32,000 bases of DNA from Buchnera aphidicola str. APS (Acyrthosiphon pisum) (GCF_000009605.1 NC_002528.1:180001-212000); one strand, 5' to 3'. Numbered from the stretch's first letter, positions 19,831-29,245 are shown. The notes: generated by a model not told the origin, from the sequence alone. Numbers and translations: made by a program.

Positions 19831-20493
19831 ATGATTTTATCCTGGAAAGATGTTTTATCTCAAGAAAAAAAAAAAAAATATTTTATTAATATAATTAGAT
19901 TCCTTAAAAAAGAACGTTTAAAAAAAATAATTTATCCTGATCAAAAAGATATATTTAACGCCTTTTTTTTAACTAGTTTTAACGATATAAAAGTTGTTAT
20001 TCTTGGACAGGATCCATATTTCTCTAAAAATCAGGCACACGGTTTATCGTTTTCTGTACCTAAACATGTCACTATACCACCTTCTCTAAAGAATATATAC
20101 AAGGAGTTAAATACTGATTTCAAAAAAGAACATATATTTCATCACGGATGTCTTGAAAGTTGGGCTAATCAAGGTGTTTTTTTATTAAATAGTATTTTAA
20201 CAGTCGAATCAGGAAAACCAAAATCGCATAGTAATATAGGCTGGAATATTTTTACTGATAAAGTTATTTCTGTAATTAATTTGTATAAAAATTCTGTTGT
20301 TTTCTTGTTTTGGGGTAGTAATGCGCAAAAAAAATCTCATTTAATTAATAGAAAAAATCACTATATATTAAAAGCAGCTCATCCTTCTCCATTATCAGCA
20401 TACCGAGGTTTTTTTGGGTGTAAACATTTTTCTTTAACTAATAAAATATTACTCAAAACAAAAAAAAAACCAATTAATTGGTTTTTGATTTAA
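19831..20493 (+). CDS. ung: Uracil-DNA glycosylase
   Basis: The track start TTG 19792 is rejected. ATG 19831 gives MILSWKDVLSQEKKKKYF, aligning with E. coli [20 protein letters not shown]. Motifs present: GQDPY, PPSL, HPSPLSA. Confidence 0.93.
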   Translation: MILSWKDVLSQEKKKKYFINIIRFLKKERLKKIIYPDQKDIFNAFFLTSFNDIKVVILGQDPYFSKNQAHGLSFSVPKHVTIPPSLKNIYKELNTDFKKEHIFHHGCLESWANQGVFLLNSILTVESGKPKSHSNIGWNIFTDKVISVINLYKNSVVFLFWGSNAQKKSHLINRKNHYILKAAHPSPLSAYRGFFGCKHFSLTNKILLKTKKKPINWFLI

Positions 20494-20568
20494 AAATAGA
20501 AAAAATTTTTCTATTTTTAAATGTGAAAAATTATTTTTGAAAAAAAATTTTAAAAATAGAAAATAATA

Positions 20569-21147
20569 TTAATTTTCAGCGACTATAACACTTGCTTTTC
20601 TTAAAACTATTTTATTAAAAGTAAAGCCTTTTTTATTAACAGAAATAACATGATTAGGTAGTGTTTCTTTAGATAATTCTCTTGAAACTAATTCGTGAAT
20701 GTCAGGATTAAAAACTTTATTTTTTTGACCTTCAATTTTAACACCTAATTTATTCAATATATTTAGTAAAGATTCTAATGTAAGCTCGATGCCCTTTATT
20801 ATAGGTTGATCTTTGATATCTACTGTAGTAGATAAATTTAAAATATCTTCTAAAGAATCTATTACTGGAATGATTGATTTTAAAAACCTTTCAATTTCTG
20901 TTTTTTTTATTTTTTCTATTTTTTCTTCAGTATTTTTTTTTATATTCTCTATATTTGCTAATTTTCGTAATTCAATATCGTTTATTTTTTTTTGATTTTG
21001 AAGAAGTTTTAGTTTTAAATTTTCTATTTTTTGATTTTGCACAGTAATGGCATCAATCAAGTTTTCTTTTTTTTCTTCTATCTTATTGTTTTTGAAAATT
21101 TTTTTTTCATCTAATTTATTTTCTTTATTATCCATAAAATTTACCAT
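20569..21147 (-). CDS. grpE: Nucleotide exchange factor GrpE
   Basis: 192 aa with a long charged coiled-coil N-terminal half. The C-terminal domain (FNPDIHELV ... GFTFNKIVLRKASVIV) is typical of GrpE. It is divergent from nadK as in E. coli. The alternative start is ATG 21135. Confidence 0.9.
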   Translation of the reverse strand: MVNFMDNKENKLDEKKIFKNNKIEEKKENLIDAITVQNQKIENLKLKLLQNQKKINDIELRKLANIENIKKNTEEKIEKIKKTEIERFLKSIIPVIDSLEDILNLSTTVDIKDQPIIKGIELTLESLLNILNKLGVKIEGQKNKVFNPDIHELVSRELSKETLPNHVISVNKKGFTFNKIVLRKASVIVAEN

Positions 21148-21169
21148 TTATGATGTTGATGATTAAGAT

Positions 21170-21198
21170 ATTATAAAGCCTATAATTAATCTTTCAAG
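21170..21198 (-). promoter_or_regulatory. Candidate grpE promoter (sigma-70-like, overlapping a decayed sigma-32 motif)
   Basis: The minus strand reads CTTGAAA (21198-21192), then 16 nt after TTGAAA, then TATAAT (21175-21170). The -10 ends 22 nt upstream of ATG 21147. CTTGAAA is also the sigma-32 -35 consensus, and 13 nt later comes CTTTATAA where the consensus is CCCCATnT. Confidence 0.4.
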
Positions 21199-21251
21199 AC
21201 TGTTTGCTATTATAATATAATAGATGTTATTTTATTAGGAATTCTTATGTA

Positions 21252-22130
21252 ATGAAGCAACATTTCACTTGTATCGGTATTGTTGGGCGTCCCCGTCATG
21301 ACAGTGCACTGATAACACATAAAACTCTTTATGAATGGTTGATAAAAAATGGTTACAAGGTTTTTATTGAACATACTGTTGCTAGAGAATTAAAATTGAA
21401 TAATCCCAATACTGCTACATTAATTGAAATTGGGGAATTTTGTGATTTAGCAGTAGTTATAGGAGGAGATGGTAATTTATTATGTGCTGCACGTGTTTTA
21501 TCATTTTATAATATTAAAATTATTGGAATTAATCGAGGTAATCTAGGTTTTCTTGCTGATTTAAATCCTGATACTGGTTTAAAAAAATTATCAGAAGTAT
21601 TATCTGGTAATTATTCACTAGAAAATCGATTTTTATTGGATGCACAGGTCTGTCAAAAAAAGATAATTTCAAGATCTAGCATAGCAATTAATGAAGTAGT
21701 TTTACATACAAAGAATTTAGCTCATATGATAGAATTTGAAGTTTATATTGATAATAAATTTTCTTTTTCTCAACGCGCAGATGGATTAATTGTTTCAACA
21801 CCCACCGGTTCTACCGGTTATTCACTTTCGGCTGGAGGACCAATTATAGCAGCATCTTTAGATGCTATTGTATTGGTGCCAATGTTTCCGCATACTTTAT
21901 CTGCACGCCCCTTAGTAATTCATAGCGACAGTATAATTTGTTTAAAATTTTCAAATATTCAAACCAATCTTAAAATAAGCTGTGATAGTCAGATTATTTT
22001 AACAATCAAAAAAGGTGAATGTGTATTTATTCGTCGAAGTTGTTATTATTTAAATCTCATCCATCCTAAAAGTTATAATTATTTTAAAACTCTCACATCT
22101 AAGCTAAGTTGGTCTAAAAAATTTTTTTAA
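21252..22130 (+). CDS. nadK: NAD kinase
   Basis: 292 aa, the same as E. coli NadK, and colinear from [16 protein letters not shown]. Motifs present: [44 protein letters not shown]. Confidence 0.96.
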   Translation: MKQHFTCIGIVGRPRHDSALITHKTLYEWLIKNGYKVFIEHTVARELKLNNPNTATLIEIGEFCDLAVVIGGDGNLLCAARVLSFYNIKIIGINRGNLGFLADLNPDTGLKKLSEVLSGNYSLENRFLLDAQVCQKKIISRSSIAINEVVLHTKNLAHMIEFEVYIDNKFSFSQRADGLIVSTPTGSTGYSLSAGGPIIAASLDAIVLVPMFPHTLSARPLVIHSDSIICLKFSNIQTNLKISCDSQIILTIKKGECVFIRRSCYYLNLIHPKSYNYFKTLTSKLSWSKKFF

Positions 22131-22262
22131 AATTATTAAAAATAAGATAACTAAAATTAATTAAAATATTTTTTATATAACATATTTTTTTAGAAAGAAC
22201 ATCATAGGATATGAATAAAAAATATTAATTATTTTTTATTTAAACTGCGATAGGGTATTATA

Positions 22263-22571
22263 ATGAATAATTATATTAAAGCGTTATTGATAATTATTTG
22301 TTTTTCTAGTTGTTCAATATCAGATAAAAACAAATATAATCTCGATGTTTTAGAGGCAACACATTTAAATAAAAATATCTTAAATAGAAATTACGTTGGT
22401 ATGACAAGACAGCAAATAGTTTACATTTTTGGAATACCAATTATTTCTGATTCTTTTGATGATATATATCATTATTACTTATCTGATTCAAAAAATAATA
22501 ATGTTTATCCAAAAAAAATGTTAAATCTTTATTTTAAAGATAACAAAGTTTTTAAGTTTAACATGACATAA
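22263..22571 (+). CDS. bamE: Outer-membrane protein assembly factor BamE (SmpA) lipoprotein
   Basis: 102 aa with a signal peptide and lipobox (LLIIICFSSC). VGMTRQQIVYIFGIPIISDSF aligns with E. coli BamE [21 protein letters not shown]. Confidence 0.8.
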   Translation: MNNYIKALLIIICFSSCSISDKNKYNLDVLEATHLNKNILNRNYVGMTRQQIVYIFGIPIISDSFDDIYHYYLSDSKNNNVYPKKMLNLYFKDNKVFKFNMT

Positions 22572-22611
22572 TTTATGACAAACTTTATTCGAAATATTAT
22601 AAAATTTTTTT

Positions 22612-22977
22612 TGGAGCTGGCGGGATTCGAACCCGCGTCCAAAATTTCTACTAATAAAGCCCTACATGCTTAGTTTTTTCTTTATTGAATTCATTACCTA
22701 ATTTGGAAAAACACATATTAGGTATATAGCTTGAAAAAACTACTTCGTGTTATCGTCAAGCTTGATATCCACGTTTTTCTCTTTTTCTGACCTTCCTGTT
22801 TTCTCATCCTAAGAGAAGGAGGATAAGAAGGAAGGGCTTTATTCAGTTTTTTAAGCTGCTAAAGCGTAGTTTTGTTTATTATTTGCAATTATTTTTTTAC
22901 GGCTTTTATCGAGGCAAACCGTTCCTCGGCATGCACTTTACTTTGTTGATAATTTTGTCAAATCCAAAAACAGCCCC
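22612..22977 (-). ncRNA. ssrA: tmRNA (SsrA)
   Basis: The minus strand begins GGGGCTGTTTTTGGATTTGAC and ends GGACGCGGGTTCGAATCCCGCCAGCTCCA. This gives a tRNA-Ala-like acceptor stem with G3.U and a T-arm. The tag reading frame GCA AAT AAT AAA CAA AAC TAC GCT TTA GCA GCT TAA (22886-22851) encodes ANNKQNYALAA. Length is 366 nt and the 3' CCA is not encoded. It is the most GC-rich segment of the window. Confidence 0.96.
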
Positions 22978-23107
22978 TCTTTTTTTAAAAATGTAGTATT
23001 ACAAAAAAAAATAATTTTGTCTATTAATTATTTCAGAGTCTTTTGATAAAATTTTTACATGAATATTTTAAATATATTTTTTATAACACTTGAACAGGGA
23101 AATTAAT

Positions 23108-23434
23108 ATGAGTATTTTTCAAAAAATAAAAAAGCAGATTCAAGATAATATTATTTTGATTTATATGAAAGGAACTCCTGAAGCTCCTAGTTGTGGTTTT
23201 TCTGCACAAGCAGTGCAAGCTTTATCGTTTTGCGGAGAAAAATTTGCTTACGTAAATATTTTAGAAAATCCTGATATTAGAAGTGAATTGCCAAAATACG
23301 CAAATTGGCCAACATTTCCGCAATTATGGATAGATGGTGAATTAATTGGTGGGTGTAGTATTATTCTTGAAATGCTAGAAAATGGTGAATTAAAAAAACT
23401 AATATTAAAGGTAAAAAAAAAATATCAAACTTAA
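23108..23434 (+). CDS. grxD: Monothiol glutaredoxin (Grx4/GrxD)
   Basis: ATG 23108 (MSIFQKIKKQIQDN) aligns with E. coli MSTTIEKIQRQIAEN; the track start TTG 23090 is rejected. It has the CGFS active site and WPTFPQLWIDGELIGGC. 108 aa. Confidence 0.93.
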   Translation: MSIFQKIKKQIQDNIILIYMKGTPEAPSCGFSAQAVQALSFCGEKFAYVNILENPDIRSELPKYANWPTFPQLWIDGELIGGCSIILEMLENGELKKLILKVKKKYQT

Positions 23435-23475
23435 TCTTTAAGGAAGATAGGCGCAAATAATATATACATGAAAAT

Positions 23476-23540
23476 AGATATGACATGAAGCGAAGAGCAT
23501 TAAAAAAATTGATCTTTGTTCTTTATGTCATATCTTTTTT
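23476..23540 (+). terminator. Long interrupted hairpin plus T-run between convergent grxD and rnt
   Basis: AGATATGACATGAAG (23476-23490) pairs with CTTTATGTCATATCT (23521-23535), giving 15 bp with one G.U. A further 6-bp inner helix (23491-23496 with 23513-23518) follows a 2-nt bulge. T5 comes next (23536-23540). The reverse strand reads the same hairpin followed by TATTTTC. Confidence 0.55.
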
Positions 23541-23577
23541 ATTAAAAAAACTTTAAAATATAAAACTTACTTAGGTT

Positions 23578-24246
23578 TTAATATTTATTTGAGGTACTAT
23601 TATTTTTTTTTATATCAACAGGCCAACCACCTAAACGTTTCCAACGATTTACTAATTCACAAAAAAGATTAGCAGTTTGCAAGGTATCATAAAGTGCAGA
23701 GTGAGCTTGATGGTTGTCAAATGATAAACCAATAGCTTTGCATGCTTTGGATAAGACAGTTTGACCGACTACTAATCCACTTAATGCGGCTGTATCAAAT
23801 GTAGCAAATGGATGAAAAGGATTATTTTTTATTTTTACTCTCTGAATCGCTGCCATTAAAAAATTGTGATCAAAATTTGCATTGTGTGCCACAACAATTC
23901 CTCTACTGCATCCTTGTATTTTAATTCCGTTTCGCACTTTTTTTAATATAGATTGAATGGCTATTTTTTCACTAATAGCACCACGCAATGGGTTAAATGG
24001 ATCAATTTTATTAAAAGCTATGGCATCGGAGTTTATTATTGACCCTTTGAATGGTTCTATATGAAAGTGTAATGTGTCTTCTTTATGTAACCATCCTAAT
24101 TCATCCATTTTTAATGTTATTATAGCAATTTCTAATACTGCATCGGTATTTGCATTAAATCCTGCTGTTTCAATATCTATAACAACAGGATAAAAAGTAC
24201 GAAATCGATTGCTTAATAAATTAAATTCTTGGTTTGTAGACATCAA
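23578..24246 (-). CDS. rnt: Ribonuclease T
   Basis: 222 aa, colinear with E. coli RNase T. DEDDh motifs are present ([27 protein letters not shown]), along with [14 protein letters not shown] and [10 protein letters not shown]. Confidence 0.94.
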   Translation of the reverse strand: MMSTNQEFNLLSNRFRTFYPVVIDIETAGFNANTDAVLEIAIITLKMDELGWLHKEDTLHFHIEPFKGSIINSDAIAFNKIDPFNPLRGAISEKIAIQSILKKVRNGIKIQGCSRGIVVAHNANFDHNFLMAAIQRVKIKNNPFHPFATFDTAALSGLVVGQTVLSKACKAIGLSFDNHQAHSALYDTLQTANLFCELVNRWKRLGGWPVDIKKNNSTSNKY

Positions 24247-24344
24247 GATCTCATTCTTAAAATACTTTATGTTTAATTTAGTTAATTTTTTCTATATTAT
24301 TACAGTTTTAATTGTAGATACTTTTAAAATATGTATTATGATTC

Positions 24345-24374
24345 TTGTGAATGCTTTAATAATTGTACTATAAT
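24345..24374 (+). promoter_or_regulatory. Candidate sigma-70 promoter for sodA
   Basis: TTGTGA (24345-24350), an 18-nt spacer, then TATAAT (24369-24374), about 90 nt upstream of the sodA ATG. Such matches are common in AT-rich DNA, so this is tentative. Confidence 0.3.
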
Positions 24375-24462
24375 TTATAAAAATATTTAAGATTAAATTA
24401 TTCATTTAATGCTTTTAAAAATCATGTCATAATTTTATTATCATCGTCTTTAGGAAAATAAA

Positions 24463-25074
24463 ATGAGTTATGTTCTTCCTTCTTTACCTTATTCATACAA
24501 TGCGTTAGAACCATTTTTTGATGAAGAAACTATGAAAATTCATCATACTAAACATCATCAAAATTATATCAATAATACTAATTCTATTTTAGAAAATACA
24601 ACTTTTTCTTCATTGCCTATAGAAGAATTAATATCTATTTTAAATGAAATTATTTTAGAAAAGAAAAATGCATTACGTAATAATGCAGGAGGTCATATAA
24701 ATCATAGTTTTTTTTGGAAAAGTTTAAAATCAGGAACAGTTTTAACAAATGATCTAAAAATAGAAATAGAAAAACAATTTGGTACTATTGATGAATTTAA
24801 AGAAAAATTTGAATCAGTAGCACTAAATCATTTTGGATCAGGCTGGGTCTGGTTAGTAAATCAAAATGGTGTATTATCTATAGTTTCTACTGTCAATCAA
24901 GATAGTCCGTTGATGGGAAAATTGATATCTAATACTTATGGATATCCAATTATTGGGTTAGATATTTGGGAACATGCTTATTATTTAAAATATCAAAATA
25001 GACGTTTAGATTACATTAAATCTTTTTGGAATGTTGTTAATTGGGAAGAAGCATCTAATCGTCTGCAAAAATAG
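24463..25074 (+). CDS. sodA: Superoxide dismutase (Mn type)
   Basis: 203 aa starting [20 protein letters not shown]. Metal ligand contexts are HHTKHHQNY and [19 protein letters not shown] lies 8 nt upstream. Confidence 0.95.
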   Translation: MSYVLPSLPYSYNALEPFFDEETMKIHHTKHHQNYINNTNSILENTTFSSLPIEELISILNEIILEKKNALRNNAGGHINHSFFWKSLKSGTVLTNDLKIEIEKQFGTIDEFKEKFESVALNHFGSGWVWLVNQNGVLSIVSTVNQDSPLMGKLISNTYGYPIIGLDIWEHAYYLKYQNRRLDYIKSFWNVVNWEEASNRLQK

Positions 25075-25162
25075 TTTATTTAAAAAAAATACACTATTAT
25101 TATTTTGTATATGTTCAATACTATTTTATTAATTTGTCAGTAGTGTTGCTCGTATAATTTTT

Positions 25163-25194
25163 AAAAAACATATAATATATATTATATGTTTTTT
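25163..25194. repeat. Perfect 32-nt palindrome between sodA and pth
   Basis: AAAAAACATATAATAT|ATATTATATGTTTTTT has 16-bp arms with no spacer and a single G:C pair per arm. It lies 89 nt after the sodA stop and 52 nt before the pth start. Confidence 0.8.
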
Positions 25195-25246
25195 TATATC
25201 TCTTATAAAATATCAAAATGATTATTGTGAGTTTAAAGGATATTTC

Positions 25247-25795
25247 TTGAATACTATAAAAATGATAGTCGGGTTGTCTAATCCAAAAAAAGAATATCAT
25301 AGTACACGTCATAATGTAGGGTCTTGGTACCTTTATTCTTTAGCAGAAAGTTATTTAAGAAATTTTAAAAATGAAAAAAAATTTTTTGGTTTTACCACCT
25401 CTCTAAATATAGAGTCAAATTATATTCGATTACTTATTCCGAATATATTTATGAATATAAATGGTCAGTCGGTATTTAAAATGGCATCCTTTTATAATAT
25501 CAATTTAAGTGAAATATTAATTGTTCATGATGATTTAGAACTTCAACCTGGTATTTCAAAATTAAAATATAGTTATGGACATAATGGACATAATGGATTA
25601 AGAGATATCGTTAACACATTCAATAAGAATATTAATTTTTATCGATTTAGAATTGGTATTGGTCGCCCAATAAATCGTGATCAAATAGCTTCTTTTGTCT
25701 TATCAAACCCCACAAAAAAAGAGAAGATATTAATTCAAAAATCAATTTTACATGCAATAGAAAAAAATGTTCTTTCAAATATTTTAAAATTTTAA
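25247..25795 (+). CDS. pth: Peptidyl-tRNA hydrolase
   Basis: The TTG start at 25247 lies 6 nt after AAGGA (25236-25240) and yields [13 protein letters not shown], aligning with E. coli MTIKLIVGLANPG. Using ATG 25262 would delete conserved residues. Motifs present: [21 protein letters not shown]. Confidence 0.9.
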   Translation: MNTIKMIVGLSNPKKEYHSTRHNVGSWYLYSLAESYLRNFKNEKKFFGFTTSLNIESNYIRLLIPNIFMNINGQSVFKMASFYNINLSEILIVHDDLELQPGISKLKYSYGHNGHNGLRDIVNTFNKNINFYRFRIGIGRPINRDQIASFVLSNPTKKEKILIQKSILHAIEKNVLSNILKF

Positions 25796-25835
25796 TTAGA
25801 TAAAAATATTTTCTATTTTTCAAGGCGCATGAGAT

Positions 25836-26924
25836 ATGGGTTTTAAATGTGGTATAATAGGATTGCCTAATGTTGGGAAATCTACTCTGTTTAATCTTTT
25901 AACTAAAGGAAATTCGGCTGTTGCTAATTTCCCATTTTGTACCATTAAACCAAATATAGGCATCGTTCCAGTTATTGATGAACGTATTAATAATCTTAAT
26001 CAAATTGTTTCTCCTCAAAAAACAGTTAATGCATTCATAGAATTTATAGATATTGCAGGGTTAGTTAAGGGAGCATCTCAAGGTGAAGGATTGGGTAATC
26101 AATTTTTAGGTAATATAAGAGATGTGCATGCTATAGCACATGTTGTTCGTTGTTTCAAAGATGATAATATTACTCATATTTATAATCAAGTGCAACCTAT
26201 TAAAGATATAGATATTATTAATAGCGAATTGATATTATCTGATTTTGATCTTTGTGAAAAAACTATATTAAAATTACAAAAAAAAACATTGTTAAAAAAC
26301 AAAGAAACACAAGAAAAAATTAATACTTTAAAAAAATGCCTTAACCATTTGAAACAGTTTTTCATGTTAAAAACTCTTAATTTAAATAAAACTGAAAAAC
26401 AATTAATTAGTTATTTGCGTTTTTTGACTTTAAAGCCAACAATGTATATTGCCAATATTAATGAAGAAAAAGAATCTTATTATTTTTTAGATAAATTAAA
26501 TGAAATTGCTAAAAAAGAAGGATCTATAGTTATTCCTATTCATGCAAATCTAGAATTGGATCTAGTTAAAATGAGCGATGAAGAAAAAAAATCTTTTATG
26601 AAATTATTTAATATAAAAACTTTGGGTTTAAATAGTATTATTTCTTCTGGTTATCATTTATTAAATTTAATAACTTTTTTTACTGTAGGTGATAAGGAAA
26701 TTCGAGCTTGGGCAATTCCTAATGGTAGTACTAGTATTGAAGCTGCTCATAAAATACATAGTGATTTTAGTAAAGGTTTTATTAGAGCACAGATTATTAA
26801 ATATGTAGATTTTATAACATATAAAAGTGAAGCCAAGATTAAAGAAATGGGAAAATTTAGAACAGAAGGAAAACAATATTATATTCAAGATGGTGATATT
26901 ATTCATTTTTTATTCAATGTTTAA
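25836..26924 (+). CDS. ychF: Ribosome-binding ATPase YchF
   Basis: 362 aa against 363 in E. coli. It starts MGFKCGIIGLPNVGKSTLFN (P-loop), with DIAGLVKGAS, TLKPTMYIANI and the C-terminal TGS-like FIRAQ...DGDIIHFLFNV. It is downstream of pth as in enterics. Confidence 0.97.
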   Translation: MGFKCGIIGLPNVGKSTLFNLLTKGNSAVANFPFCTIKPNIGIVPVIDERINNLNQIVSPQKTVNAFIEFIDIAGLVKGASQGEGLGNQFLGNIRDVHAIAHVVRCFKDDNITHIYNQVQPIKDIDIINSELILSDFDLCEKTILKLQKKTLLKNKETQEKINTLKKCLNHLKQFFMLKTLNLNKTEKQLISYLRFLTLKPTMYIANINEEKESYYFLDKLNEIAKKEGSIVIPIHANLELDLVKMSDEEKKSFMKLFNIKTLGLNSIISSGYHLLNLITFFTVGDKEIRAWAIPNGSTSIEAAHKIHSDFSKGFIRAQIIKYVDFITYKSEAKIKEMGKFRTEGKQYYIQDGDIIHFLFNV

Positions 26925-26963
26925 AAAAATTAACTGTTAAAATTTTTGTATATGTTGTTTTTT

Positions 26964-26990
26964 TAGAGAGGAAAAAAATGATCCTCTCTA
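26964..26990. other. GC-containing stem-loop between convergent ychF and thrC
   Basis: TAGAGAGGA (26964-26972) pairs with TCCTCTCTA (26982-26990), giving 9 bp and a 9-nt loop. The T-run precedes the hairpin on the + strand rather than following it, and an A-run follows it on the - strand. It is therefore not a canonical intrinsic terminator in either direction. Confidence 0.3.
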
Positions 26991-26999
26991 ATGCAATAT

Positions 27000-28289
27000 T
27001 TATTTTTCTAATAAAAACGTTTTTAATTTACTAAAAACAGGGTTAATATTATGAGATAATAATGGTAAATCAATTCTATTTTGTAGTTCAGAAGGCAGTG
27101 AAATTTTATTTTTTAATATTTTTTCTACAGTATTTTTAAATTTAGCCGGATGAGCGGTGCCTAAAAATAAGCCAAATTCATTTTCTTTTAATTGATCTCG
27201 CAACAATCTATATGCTATTGCTGCATGAGGTTCAGAAACATAACCTAATTTAAATAGTTCTTTTAATGTTTCTTCTGTAGTATGATCCGATACACTTCCA
27301 AACCTAAGTTTTTTTAAATCCCATTTTTTTCGATAAAATAATTCTTCAATTCGAGTCCAATTATTAGGTTGACTGATATCCATAGCATTAGAAATTGTAG
27401 ATACAGTTTTTTTAGGATTCCACGTACCATTATTAAGGAATCTTGGTACGGTATCATTCGCATTCGTACATGCTATAAATGATTTGATTGGCAAACCAAG
27501 AGATTTAGATAATAATCCAGCTGTTAAATTTCCAAAATTACCGCATGGAACTGCTATTACTAAATTTTTTCTTTGTTCTTCTGAAATTAAAGAGAAAGCT
27601 TCAAAATAATAACAGATTTGTGCTAATAATCTACTTATATTAATTGAATTAGCTGAATTTAATCCTATTGATTCTTTCAGTTTTTTATCGTTAAAAGCTT
27701 CTTTTACTAATTTTTGACAATCGTCAAAACTACCATTAATTGATATAGTTTTTATATTTCTACCTAAAGTACAAAATAATTTCTCTTGTAATTCACTGAT
27801 CTTGCCTTTAGGATATAAAATAATTACTCGCACATTTTTCATTCCATAGAATGCATTTGCTACCGCTGCACCTGTATCACCTGATGTTGCAGTTAAAATA
27901 GTAACTGATTCATTTTTTTTATTTAGTAATAATATCATTTGAGCCATAAAACGAGCTCCAAAATCTTTAAACGCCAATGTTGGACCGTGAAACAGTTCGA
28001 AGCAATGTATATCTTTTGTAATTTTTATTTTTAATGGATGTTTAAATGAAAATGCTTGTTTAACATGTTTATATAGTTCTTCTTTAGATATTTCATGACA
28101 AATGAATTTAGAAAGTATTTCAGTACTACGAGTAATAAAATCCATTTTTAATATTTTTGATAATTCAATAGGAGTAATAGTAGGTAATTCTACAGGGAAA
28201 AACAACCCTTGTTGCTGACCTAATCCTAATTTTACGGCTGCTTCAAAATTTACTTGTTCGTTATGGTTTTTTAAATTGTAAAGTTTCAT
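27000..28289 (-). CDS. thrC: Threonine synthase
   Basis: 429 aa against 428 in E. coli. It has the PLP-lysine motif HGPTLAFKDFG and TSGDTGAA, and is the last gene of a thrA-thrB-thrC operon. Confidence 0.97.
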   Translation of the reverse strand: MKLYNLKNHNEQVNFEAAVKLGLGQQQGLFFPVELPTITPIELSKILKMDFITRSTEILSKFICHEISKEELYKHVKQAFSFKHPLKIKITKDIHCFELFHGPTLAFKDFGARFMAQMILLLNKKNESVTILTATSGDTGAAVANAFYGMKNVRVIILYPKGKISELQEKLFCTLGRNIKTISINGSFDDCQKLVKEAFNDKKLKESIGLNSANSINISRLLAQICYYFEAFSLISEEQRKNLVIAVPCGNFGNLTAGLLSKSLGLPIKSFIACTNANDTVPRFLNNGTWNPKKTVSTISNAMDISQPNNWTRIEELFYRKKWDLKKLRFGSVSDHTTEETLKELFKLGYVSEPHAAIAYRLLRDQLKENEFGLFLGTAHPAKFKNTVEKILKNKISLPSELQNRIDLPLLSHNINPVFSKLKTFLLEK

Positions 28290-28295
28290 TTTTTT

Positions 28296-29225
28296 TTATC
28301 CTATTTTACGTACACCCTTTGAATCTAAAAAACAAATATGAACAAATCCTGTTGTATTTTGTAAATAATTTTCTGTTAACCATGCGGATATTTTTTGAGC
28401 TGTATTTATGTTATCAGAAATAGAAAAAATAGTAGGTCCAGAGCCAGATATTCCAGAGCTTATAGCACCAATTTTTTTAATTTTTTCTTTTACATACAAA
28501 TAATTAGGTAATAATTTAATACGATATGGCTCTGCGATAAAATCTTGCATCAATCGTGCTGCTAGATGAGGTTGTTGACTGTATGAAGCATGAATAAAAC
28601 CTGCTAAATAACGACTATTTTTAATACATGTTTCTTTTTTATATTTTTTTGGTAGTATGTCTCTTGCTTCTGCAGTAGGAACTTTAGTTCCAGGCCAGGC
28701 TACTATCCAAAACCAATTTTTAAAATTTGGAATAGTTTGACTTATTATTTTTGAATCTTCTAATATTAGCTGAAGTCCTCCTAGATAACATGGGGCAACA
28801 TTATCATAGTGTATACTGCCTGATATTTCGCCTTCTACTTCCCCCATAAGAAGTAGTAATTCTTTTGAATTTAAGGGTTTATCGCAAAATTCATTCATTG
28901 CAACTAAAGTAGCTACTATTGAACAGGCACTAGAACCTAATCCTGATCCAATAGGCATATTTTTTTCTAGTATAATAGAAACTGGAATATTTCTTTTTAT
29001 GGTATTACAAAATTTTAACCAGCACTTCCAAACAATATTTTGTTCGGTATTTTTAGGTAATTTATTAGAAAATATACCTTTATTAACTAAATTAAATTTG
29101 TTTGATAATTTTACTGTTACAAAATCGCCCAATAAAGAACCATTGACAGGTATAATTGCTGCACCTAAAATATCAAATCCTACTCCAACGTTACCAATAG
29201 AAGCTGGTGCATAAATTTTAATCAT
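28296..29225 (-). CDS. thrB: Homoserine kinase
   Basis: 309 aa against 310 in E. coli. It starts [18 protein letters not shown] and carries the GHMP motif [15 protein letters not shown] lies in the 20-nt thrA-thrB spacer. Confidence 0.97.
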   Translation of the reverse strand: MIKIYAPASIGNVGVGFDILGAAIIPVNGSLLGDFVTVKLSNKFNLVNKGIFSNKLPKNTEQNIVWKCWLKFCNTIKRNIPVSIILEKNMPIGSGLGSSACSIVATLVAMNEFCDKPLNSKELLLLMGEVEGEISGSIHYDNVAPCYLGGLQLILEDSKIISQTIPNFKNWFWIVAWPGTKVPTAEARDILPKKYKKETCIKNSRYLAGFIHASYSQQPHLAARLMQDFIAEPYRIKLLPNYLYVKEKIKKIGAISSGISGSGPTIFSISDNINTAQKISAWLTENYLQNTTGFVHICFLDSKGVRKIG

Positions 29226-29245
29226 TATTACTATGCTCCTGACGT

